Below, piece by piece: positions 53,512-64,000 of a DNA stretch of 64,000 bases. Each line of letters opens with the position of its first letter. Positions within the stretch are counted from its first letter, which is position 1. The translations under genes were made by a program, and so were the position numbers. This stretch comes from Nemertoderma westbladi. Taxonomy: Eukaryota > Animalia > Xenacoelomorpha. Under the pieces are notes generated by a model. It saw nothing but the letters and a program-made list of their open reading frames with translations. It was not told where the DNA came from and ran no database searches. The stretch is from assembly GCA_032718475.1 (NCBI GenBank), contig JAUCBJ010008896.1, positions 186,001 through 250,000 on the forward strand, in the 5' to 3' direction.

Positions 53512-56500
53512 TACTAATATACGTGTAGCGTATATTAGACTGATTTGAATATATAGGCCGGCTACCGGTTTTACGGCAGTCTGGTTAGATTGGACTGGCA
53601 GAACCGTTCCATCATTACATATGGCGCAGTTTCAGTACTTACCTACTTGCCCATGCAGTACTGCACTTTGTACACGGCCTAACTCACAACTCTGCAATTG
53701 CTACCGCACTTTATTCATATTACCTTAATAAATAATATCGGCAATTAATTTCGTAATAAACTATTTCTGTATTTGCTGATACCGTGATACGGATATTTGA
53801 TATTGGATAGGCTATGGCAAGAGCAAACGACAACCGCGACCCATTCTCCTTCATTCTACGAAACTCGCCACCCCCATTCGACCTGGAATCGGAATGCTCC
53901 ACCTGGGAGCTGTGGCAAGACGAGTGGGACACTTTCCTTGTCACCTCTGGACTTGGAAACTTACACGTCACTGACTCAGCCGATCCACCTGACCCAACCG
54001 TATCGGCAGCTCTTCTAGCGGCAACAAACCGCATACGGCGGGCAACTCTGACCACCGCCTTCTCCCGCGCAACGAACGCAGTCGTCAAGGGTTTGGGCCT
54101 GTCCGCCATCGACAACGCAGACACCGATGTTATCATCCAACATCTCGGCGTCCATATCGACGGCGGGACCAATAAACGCATCCACCGGCAGGAACTGTCG
54201 CGCCGATCCCGCCTACTTGAGGAAACTCCTGAGACATTCCTAGTTAACCTCCGGGATATCGCTTCGAAATGCGGATTCGAGGCACTCCCGACTCCGGATG
54301 CCCATCGCAACGACAGACTGCTCGACCAATTTATCGCCGGCTTCGGCGATAAAGAGGTTACTGAGCACCTACTCTGGCTCCCCGCAGGAAGTTCGATCAC
54401 CGATGCCCTCAACCTCGCCCAAACCGTGTGGACCGCGCGGAAGGATGCAGCCTCACTCTCCTTCTCCTCCACACCGGCACCTACGGCAGCTAAGGCGGAG
54501 GCAAAGTCGGATAAACGACGGAAAGGGAACCGGAGCCCTCGCTCCAACGCTATCCCAACAGGCCTGACCTGCACCAAATGCGGCTATCCCCCACACGGAC
54601 CGGGCCAATGTTGCCCCGGTACGGACGCGCGGTGCCGCCACTGTAAACTGGTCGGACACTACGACAGGATGTGTCCCAGACCCTTCCCCCCACAGGCCCA
54701 CGCAGCGGCCGCACCCCCGGCACCATGCTACATGGAGGACCACACCGCAACCAACAATGCCAAAGTCTGGTCGGTCCTGGTTGGAACCGAACTCGAGAAC
54801 GCCCCGGTTGTTTCATCAACCGAACAACTCGAATCACTAGAGACCGTCACCCTGGGCTTCCAAGTCTACAAGAACCCGGCATTTGGAATTCCGGAACTCC
54901 AGTTTCTTTCGGACTCTGGGGCCAACATCTCGGCTATTCCGTTCTGGTTATTCACCGCGTTTGGTGGACAGATCGGAAACCTCCGCAAACCCTTCCCCAA
55001 TCCACAAGCCCCGAAACTCGCCAACGGCAGCCGGACTGGATGGGAATTCAAGGGACTGTTCACCGCTACGATCCAGTGCCACGACCTCCACACCGCCTGT
55101 ACAACCGACATCTGGGTGCTGGAGGGACTCCAGCAGCCACTCCTGTCCCGCAAGTCCTGCTTTACCCTAAGGATTCTCAGCAGCCCAATCCTTAGAGGCG
55201 GGTCGCCTGCACCCCCTGTCGTGGCGTCCTCCACAGGCCCCACCACACCGCCACCGACAGAGCTTACTACCCCATCCAAAGCTACAATTACCACACCCAC
55301 CGTAGACCGTGATATAGCTTGGCGGGCCCTGGAAACCCGCTTCCCGCGCCCCCTATCGGGTGTCTGCAGGGTGATGAAGGGTGGGGACATTACTATCAAA
55401 CTCACTCTGGGCGCGAAACCTAAAAACTCATACGCCAATAGGGCCATCCCAGCGAACCTAGAGGAGGCCTTCAACAGGGAACTGGATGAACAGGTGGCCA
55501 TGGGGATTCTAGAACCAGCCAACGACGAAAACTGCCCCAGCGACTGGCTGAGCCCCATGGTTATTACCCGTAAAAAAGATGGTGAATCGGTCCGAATTAC
55601 CGTCGACCTCCGGGAACTCAACCTGAACACCGTCCGCCCAACCTACTTCTCCCCATCCCCGTTCCATGTCGTTTCGCGGATCCCGCCCACCGCCGGTGTA
55701 TTCACCGTTATAGACGGATTAAAGGGGTTCCACCAGGTCAACTTGGACCCCCGGAGTCGGGGTCTTACAACATTCATCACACCGCGAGGCCGCTACCGCT
55801 ACTGCCGCATGCCCATGGGCTGGCACGGCAGCTCGGATTTTTTTAATGCCCGCATGGCCCATGCACTCCGGGGGATCCCCAACATCGGCCGCATCGTGGA
55901 GGACATTATAATTTACACGGAAATAGCGGAGGAACACAACAACGCAGTAGCCAAAGTCCTGACTGCCTGCGACGAGGCCGATATATCCATAAACCCGAAG
56001 AAGGTGCAGTTCTGCCTTCCAGAGGTTAAATTCGGTGGATATATCGTCTCCAAAGGGCAATACCACATCGACCCAGACCTCACCGAGGACCTCCGCCAAT
56101 TCCCGGTCCCCACGAACCGACACCAACTTCGGTCGTTCTTCGGCCTAGCCCAACAGTTGGGCAACTCCACGGCCGAGATCACCCGCCTCGTGGAACCACT
56201 ACGTGGGTTGAACTCAAGCCGCACAGCTTGGTTGTGGCTCCCCGAACACCAGGCGGCGTTCGAGGCCACCCGGTCCGCGCTGTCTGCCCCCCACTACTTG
56301 TCCGGTTTCCAGCTGGACCGCAGAACCGAGCTGCTCACCAACGCCTCCTATCTCAACGGACTTGGTTTCCTCCTCCGGCAGTGGGATTCGGCCATGAACC
56401 GCTGGCTAACGGTCCAGTGCGGCTCCCGGACCCTCGCCAAACACGAGGCCAACTGGTCCGGGATGGCCGAGCTGGAGGCCCTCGGGGCGGCCTGGGCGGC

Positions 56501-58411
56501 CCACAAGTGCCGCTACTTTCTCGACGGCCTCTGTCATTTCGATCTCGTAACCGACTGCAGCCCCCTGATACCGATTCTAAACGAGCGACGGTTGGATCAA
56601 GTCACGAATGACTGGTTATTAAAACTCAAAACGGCTTTATCACGGTTTTCCTTCACCGCCCGACACCAGAAGGGGGCTAAACACGTGGTTGCTGATGCCT
56701 TCTCCCGGGCCGCAATCCACCCCCCGGTCCCCACCGACTTAATCCTGACCCAGGAAGACGAGACGGACCGCGAATACATAATAAATGCGGCCATCGGCGC
56801 GATCCCAACCCTCGACTCCCGGGACGCCTGTCTCCAGGTAATTCGTGAGGCGGGACAACGCATACCGCGCCCTCCTCGCCACCATCACCGAGGGCTGGCC
56901 CACGTCAAAACACGATGTCACCAACGACTGGGTCCGCCCCTATTACCAGTTCAGGTGTGACCTGATGGCCCAAGACGGGCTCATACTACGTGGTCCCCAA
57001 CTATACATACCAACTGAGATGCGGGCCAATACACTCAGCCAACTCCATGCCTCGCACCAGGGCCTTAACAAAACTCGGGAACGGGCCAACCGGGCAGTCT
57101 GGTGGCCCACCATCGCGAATGATGTGAAACAGGCTGTTGAACGCTGCCAGTCGTGTCAGACAGTCCTCCCATCCCACGCCCCCGAGCCACTGCAACACAA
57201 CCCAGATGCCACCCGACCGTTCCAGCGCGTCCACGTGGACCTCTGCGTAGTGACCGCCATGAACTACCTCGTCTGCACGGACGAGTACACGGGCTGGCCC
57301 ACACTATTTCGCCTCGGCACGGACACCACATCGGGGGCGATTATTCCCTGCCTCCGACGTCTCTTCCTCGCCACCGCCGTTCCAACCATCCTACACCCAG
57401 ATGGCGGCCCGCAACTCGTGTCGGACGCGGTGCGCCAGTTCCTCCAGCGCTGGGGAGTACGTCTGGAGCCATCCAGCCCCCACCTACCTCGTACAAACGG
57501 ACGAGCGGAGGCGGCCGTGAAGGCCATGAAGAAAATTATCAGTGGAGCTAACCACGACTCTGACGGCATCACACAGGGCATCCTCGCATTCCGGAATACA
57601 CCACATTACGGCGGCCGGTCCCCAGCGGAACTCCTGTACGGGAGGAACATCCGCGAGGCCCTCCCCGCCCACTTCTCATCGTTCGACCCAAAATGGCGCG
57701 GCACTTTTCGGGAGCTCGACGAAATCGCCGCCGAAAACTCAGCCGAGCTGCGCGCTCTACGACTGCCACACACGCCCCCTACGCGCGCTCTCCATTGGCC
57801 AACCAGCCCTCATTCAGTGGCACCGTGGTGGAGGTCCTCCCCAACCACGATTATCTCGTGCGCCAAGAAAGCGGTCGTACCGTCCGGCGCAACCGCGTCC
57901 TCCTCCGGGTCCGGAATTTTGCAGCGCCCCCCAGCGGCCAACCACCGCAACAACCCACTCCGACGCCACAGCCACCGTTACCCGTACGCACGACCCTGAC
58001 CTCACCAGCCCTGCCGCGACCAACTTGGGCACACATTGCGGGGCACACAACCACCACCCCGCCAGTCGCAGACCACAGCCAACCAACACCAGACGGCTCG
58101 GTCTCGATGCCAGAAGCACCCTACACCTCCAGGTCTGGGAGGGCAGTCAGGCCCCCATCGCGCTATGCGAATAGTGACTATAGTAAACAATCCAATTAGC
58201 CCTACACAATGGGACATTTACTATTAACATTTAACTAGTAACATGTTATAAATAGTAATATAATGTACACTCACACAATCAACCCCCCACTATTACGGGG
58301 TATGTGTGATATACGCGTAGCGTATATTAGACTGATTTGAATATATAGGCCGGCTACCGGTTTGACGGCAGTCTGGTTAGATTGGACTGGCAGAACCGTT
58401 CCATCATTACA
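53512..58411 (+). mobile_element. Full-length Ty3/Gypsy (Mag-like) retrotransposon with ~107-bp LTRs
   Basis: LTRs at 53512-53619 and 58305-58411, nearly identical except the first bases. Probable TSD TATTA; PBS TGGCGCAG at 53622. Confidence 0.92.
53814..58199 (+). pseudogene. Gypsy gag-pol (two frameshifts in the integrase half)
   Basis: Two CCHC knuckles, protease DSGA, RT (DGLKGFHQ, MPMG, VEDII), RNase H (TNAS, ELEAL, VADAFSR), integrase HHCC and HVDL/PDGGPQ/NGRAE. Confidence 0.92.
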
Positions 58412-59116
58412 TATTATCCTATATTTAACAAACTGGTTAATAATTTATTAATGTTTGGTGATGGGATTTTAGCCATAAAATATAATTAGAGAGAGAGAAA
58501 TTCATTCTTGTTCAGTGTCAGCATTTTGGCTATAAAATATAATCAGAGGGAGAAGAAATTCAACAATATTTTTTAAATCAACAACTAGTTAGGGAAACTA
58601 ACTTCAGCGCGAACGCTTGTAACAGCCTGTATGTATGCTTAGTATACACAGAGTCAGTAGCTTGCTAGGTACCTTGTTGCTCACGAGCCGAGGTTGCGCT
58701 TTTGTTACTTATGAGTGTGTGTGTGTGTGTGCAGCGCATTGCTATCGCTAGCTAAATTACACATCGCTAAGGCTGGTGAGAAAAGTTTAGGCCTATTTGT
58801 TATATTTGTACTATCTGTTACTTGCATGTATACATATAATTAAAACACAGGCTATGCATTTCACTACATTCAGAATAGAATAATGAACATATATCGCTAA
58901 TCCGCATGGGAAAAGTTTATATTGAACATTTTGTTAACTATGTGAATTTTGAAATGTGAACATCTGCGACTGTCTACAAAATTAAATATAAACTCAATTT
59001 TTGTAACAGTGAATTATAATTTTGTTAAACAAAAATAAATAAAAAATACCAGTATACCGTATCCATACTGTTACCCTTAGACTATATATAAACTATCCTG
59101 TGAAGTTATTACGAAG

Positions 59117-59482
59117 ATGACTTTTGCTTTTATTAATAACCGCTCGATGAAAACCAACATAAAGTTCGATTTCGAGAGCGAAGATACTTTCCTCTCATCA
59201 GTAAACGTGACGGATTTGGAAATCAGATATAATAATATAAAATTTGAAATTGGTTTCACAAACATTATAAACCATGAACAAGGTATAACCAAGTTAGAAA
59301 CGACAAAAAACTTTTCATTAAATATAAGAATACAACAAGGATCTGAAGAAGTTTATCAAAAAGAATTAATACCAGCAACTCAAGAAGAGAATTGGGAAAC
59401 AGATACACCAACTGTACCAGCAGAGGCTACTTGGAAAGAAATTCAACATGTTATACCTACCGGTAATAATCATTTTTCATAG
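59117..59482 (+). CDS. Small unknown protein with EENWE...W tail
   Basis: 121-aa intact ORF, paralog of 60283-60667 (shared KFD.E, TTKNFSL, EENWE). Upstream region duplicated (58545-59050 vs 59897-60230). Confidence 0.55.
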   Translation: MTFAFINNRSMKTNIKFDFESEDTFLSSVNVTDLEIRYNNIKFEIGFTNIINHEQGITKLETTKNFSLNIRIQQGSEEVYQKELIPATQEENWETDTPTVPAEATWKEIQHVIPTGNNHFS

Positions 59483-60282
59483 AAGCATACTGCCTAACCA
59501 GTACACTCATTTATAAAAGTAAATGTTACCGGTATTAACAGTCGGAGAGAAGTTCAAATTTCAACTGAGTTGAAATTTAAAACTTTTAAGTGATTACATT
59601 TGTAAATTAGCTGAAATACTACGGGAATTTATAAGATATATTTTAGTATCTCCAAAGCTACCCCAAAAGTTGAATTTTAAACTCTACACCAAAAGTTGAA
59701 AATAGAACTTCCCCACCCCGAGTGATTAATGTTAATACAACACTATTGTAAACTTATTTTATATTTTAAAAAAATCGAGTAAATAAACTATTTATGGTGT
59801 TTCATATGATTATAGTTTGTCAGTTCTTTGAGAGGGGCCCTTATATGGTTGAAACCACACCTAATGCTGTAATGCACAACATTCAAAAATTCATTAGAGG
59901 GAGAAAAATTCAACAATATTTTTTAAATTAAATTAAATCTACAACTAGTTAGGGAAACTAACTTCAGCATGATTCCATGTAACATACTGTATGCTTAGTA
60001 TACACAGAGTCAGTAGCTTGCTGGCTTGCTTGCACGGGCTATGCATTTCACTATATTCAGAATATAATAATGAACATATATCGCTAATCTGCATGGGAAA
60101 AGTTTGGTTATGTGTGTGTGTGAATTTTGTAATGCGAACATCTGCAACTGTCTACAAAATTATATTTAAACTCAATTTTTTTTTATCTTAAGTATAATTT
60201 TATTAAACAAAAAATAAAATAAAATATTCCGGTAGATGTCCTCTAGCCTACACTATTCTATTAACTAACCTATAACTGTAAA

Positions 60283-60667
60283 ATGGCGGCAAGTGCAAGT
60301 TGTTCAATGAAATTCGATCTTGAAGCCGGAGATCTGTACTTTCAATCGGGGAATGTAGTTGACATTGCCATAAAATTTGAAGATGGGAAATTCCGGATGG
60401 TAATTAAAAATATAGCAAATAACAACGGAAACGGAATAACGGTAACGGATTTCAAAACAACAAAAAATTTCTCGTTATTATATGAGAGTTCAACCCAGCG
60501 AAATTCATGCAAGTGATATAATTTCGGAAGAAAATTGGGAAGAAGGCATAATAAATCCATCCGAAGCATTAATGTTACCCCCAAACAACCCGTGGGAAGA
60601 TGATGATGTTGTTGTATCACAACCACAACCACAACCACAATCATATACCACAATTATATTATGGTAA
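60283..60667 (+). pseudogene. Paralog of the 59117 ORF (one frameshift near 60480)
   Basis: MKFDLEAGD...TTKNFSLL, then RVQPSE...SEENWEEG...NPWEDDD. Confidence 0.55.
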
Positions 60668-60772
60668 TGAAAGACTTACAGATACTTTCTGACCTACTAA
60701 CTACCTGTATATTAAATGTTGCTGTCTTAATTAGCCCCTACCAGTACTAAAGAAATATTAAATGTTTTTTTC

Positions 60773-61260
60773 TAGTGAATAAATAATCCAACTTAATTTA
60801 TAAAATTAAATGTTACTAGATTAATATTAATGAGGTTGTTGAGCTTCAGTTGTGGTACCTTTATATAACTGAAGCGAGAGTTCTAATTATTTACCGAAAT
60901 TATGTTGAGGTTATTTTGCCTAATATAACTCAAGTTCGGTAATTAATATTGCGGCTTTCATCAACCCGAATACATATATATTATTTTTATATTTTAAATG
61001 TCTCTTCATATACTTATGAAATCATCTTGCGAAATATCACTGAGATTCCATGGTAAATGAGATGTCATATCACGTAAATTGTTTATATGGGCTTCATCTA
61101 ATGCCTATAAGTTAATATCTGGGGGTCCTTTAATTAAAAACGTCTTTGCATTAGTTTTAGTGTATTTAGAATCAAATATAGCAAATTCTTTAAATACTAT
61201 CGGATATTCCTTATTGTCTATCTTATAATATTGAAAATCAACAAAAATAACATTATCCAT
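60773..61260 (-). pseudogene. DEDD/Maelstrom-like small ORF (disrupted)
   Basis: MDNVIFVDFQYYKIDNKEYPIVFKEFAIFD...FLIKGPP...SHLPW with stops. Homolog of the 40266 ORF; 3' end approximate. Confidence 0.45.
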
Positions 61261-61349
61261 TTTATCAAATAATAATGTTTTTAAATAAACAAAAGTTAAA
61301 TGTTTAATTACAACACTTGTTGGTTTATTTTATAATAATTAACAAGCCA

Positions 61350-61684
61350 TTTATATAATATTATTTCATTTATTTCCACATTATTTGTAAACACTCTCAT
61401 TGGATACTTTGTATGAATTCGATTTACCAAATAATAATGACAGTATAGCCCGCAGGACGTCCTTCTATCCTTCAGATCCGTCCTTCAGATCTATCATATA
61501 TATATCTTTTAGCCCTCCCGTAAATATTTTAGATGTTGGATAATGATGTCTATGTGGTGCATGAAGGGTATATGTCTTTTGTCTACTTAACCATTTCTGG
61601 GCTTGAGATAGTTTGATGTTTACTGCTTTTGCCAATTTTGCGATACTTGAAAAGCCTGCAGGTGATAAAGGATCTGAATAAATT
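61350..61684 (-). pseudogene. Polinton-type retroviral-like integrase, N-terminal relic
   Basis: IYSDPLSPAGFSSIAKL...KWLSRQKTYTLHAPHR..YPT..IFTGGLKDIYMIDL matches the Polinton integrase N-terminus (Y.P..P..F...L...WL..Q..YTLH.P.R...DL). Core deleted. Confidence 0.75.
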
Positions 61685-64000
61685 TGTTAGCTTATCCAAT
61701 TCCGCTAACATGAACCCACAAAGTAAGCCGTTGAGCAATATTGGGAGCACGAGGTTGATTACCAATCAACCTCGTGTCAGCCCAGTAAACGGGGACAATA
61801 TGCCCCAAAGGAGACACACACAATAAGGGTCAGGGGCCAAACCCCCAACAGAGAGAGAACAACAGGGGCAACGGGAAACACACCAGGGAAGGTGAAAGGG
61901 CGAGAAGTGGGATATTAGCCAATGGGGGGACAGCATCGACTAGGTACAGTAATATGGCCAACTGTGCAGTACATATATTACCTGTTGGTGCTTCCCTATT
62001 CAGTTTAGTTTACTCAGTCAGATCAGTAGGGTGGAACGGGGACTTCTGTCACCGTCCGCTACCGCCATCATACTTATCTACCGGTAACCGTGTCATACTA
62101 TACTGTGCTATATCAGACTATTATACCTTTATACATATTACCGAACATCAGAACTCTTTTACCTTTCACACACGGCGGGGACGCGTGGATAGAAAACCCA
62201 ACGGATAAACCGGGATCCGTAGATCCCGTCACAGTGACAGAATCAGATCCACCCAGCTGCCCTGACAGTGACAGAATCAGATCCGCCCAGCTGCCCTGAC
62301 AGTGATAGAATCCTAGCAGCTGCCCTAACAGTCTGACAGTGACAGAACTAGATCCAACCAACTGGCCTGACAGACTGTGGCTGCCAGCCACCAAAGACGA
62401 AGATGAGTCGAGAGAAAGGAACGACACCGCCGCGGACCCCGGACGACGATCTAACGATCCGCGAGGCCACGGCGAGACGATACGAACCCACGACGCCGGT
62501 CGATGCTACGCCGACCACGTCGACGCACGTTGACGCCACGTCGATAACGAGCGACCCGGCGAACCAAGATGTGGGGGGTCGTCTACAAAGAGAAATCGAG
62601 TCGGGAGGAGAAGAGGAAGACGAGTCGACGCGGAGCGAGGGTCGACGTACCGATGTCACCGGTCAGCCACAGGCCGAGGACGACGGACGGTCCACCGGAA
62701 CGGCGACGGTGGGGCCGTCGGTACGACGTCGGACCCGGAGAGATGGAGGAGAGGTCGGCGACGAGGACGTCGGGGTTTCTGATCGACTTCGACGGGCCTA
62801 CCTCGCGACCCGGGAGCAACTGAGAGAGGCCAAAGGAGGGGCGAAGATAGACGAGGTGAGATTGATGAAACGACTAGGTGAGTCGGACAGACATTTTAGT
62901 TACCTAATGCGTTTTGGGCAGAGAGAACTAGCCGAGGAGAGGGCGAGGGGAGTTTGCCAACGAACTGATTGAACTATGGGAATGTGGGGGTATGGAACCT
63001 AGTGTAGTGTACATAGGGCCATACTTAGTCGATGCCCGGGGAGTAAAATTAGTGGGTTGGAAGAGACCTGAGGAGGGCGAATCCGAGGTTAACTCCGAGG
63101 ATTCGGTCTCGTCGGTTGGAGGAAGTTCCGGGAGGCGGGGGAAAGTTAGTAGGACGGAGGGGCGGCGGGAGTCCGTCGCAACCGATAAGTCTGCTACATC
63201 CTCCGTAAAAGAAAGAAGGGTGCGGGAGATAAATCTAGAGTATAAATTAGAAATGGTGGCGAATAAGCAGGAATGGGTTAGAGTGGCAGCTGAGAGAGAA
63301 AACCGCATACTTAGAGAAGTTAGGAGAGTTGGCGAGGGAGTATAGAAAGAGAGTCGAGGAGTGTATAGAGCGGGAGATGAGAGTAGGGGACGAGCCGGCG
63401 ACGTGGCTTGAGATAATTGCGAGAGTTGAGTTGTTCGAGCAGGGTAACCGAGAGAGAGAGATAGAGGTAGAGCGTGAGCGGGAAGATTTGCGTGCTCAGC
63501 TAGGGAGGCTTGCGCAATATCAAGCCAAACTAGACCAGCGCCGACTAGAACTGGCGCGGTTGGAAATGTCAGAGAGTGAGACCCCACTTACAGGCACCGG
63601 GCGAGAGAACCAGAACTGGTGTAGCCGTACGGGCGGGGGGGGGGGGTAGTAATAGTACGTTAGAAGTAGTTAATATTAATAGTACCGTAGTAAATAACCC
63701 TAATCCCTTTATTACAGGATAATATTTTACCCGGTAGTATATTTAAATTTAAATTCAAATAATAATATTAATTCAAATATTCAGAATAATTCAAATAATT
63801 CTAATTTAAATAATTTAAATCCCGTTTCAAATTCTAATAATTTAATTGATTTAACAAATAATATTGGGAATGGTGCTATTAATATGAGCGTGTCGGACGT
63901 GCATAACCCCGATGGGGGCCTGGCAGGCCACGCAGTTAGTGCGCAGAGAGTGGCAGGGGCGAGAAACCCCGACGGGAGCCTGGTGGGCCACGCAGTAGTA
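61685..64000 (+). mobile_element. 5' part of an LTR retrotransposon related to BEL element D
   Basis: LTR at 61685-62233 (TGTTAG..CAATTCCGC...GATCCCGTCACA) has the same end motifs as the 29037-29671 LTR. Followed by tandem repeats and a disrupted charged, coiled-coil gag-like region from 62403. Confidence 0.75.

Noticed and set aside
53720-58227. Many antisense and alternate-frame ORFs over the Gypsy (and BEL) coding regions
   Set aside because: Expected shadows of GC-rich coding sequence; no recognisable motifs.

Overview
Repeat-rich genomic DNA from a eukaryote, most likely an invertebrate animal. The first ~22 kb holds two intronless MARVEL-domain genes among MITEs, LINE relics and a young 5'-truncated CRE-type retrotransposon. 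From ~25 kb to the end lies a decayed Polinton/Maverick (element A), with a pPolB carrying an Endo VII-like insert, a TBP-like gene, small ORFs and an integrase relic. Element A has been hit by a five-level nest of insertions. A LINE sits in the pPolB; a non-autonomous Polinton-type element C (AGTAGT-type TIRs, 6-bp TSD CAGTAC, 28964-50486) sits in the LINE; a BEL/Pao element sits in C's left TIR; and a second Polinton-type element E sits in the BEL/Pao element. A SINE, a short-LTR Gypsy and another LTR element also interrupt A. The main signal is that elements C and E carry three intact, intronless GTSF1/Asterix-like genes (tandem CHHC zinc fingers plus an acidic Trp tail). The three share an upstream TATA cassette, and two of them show excess synonymous divergence. 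The Polinton-type elements also carry candidate Maelstrom-like ORFs and other EENWE-tailed ORFs. This suggests transposon-encoded piRNA-pathway mimics, a possible counter-defence system; the function is inference. All family assignments are from motif recognition, not database searches.
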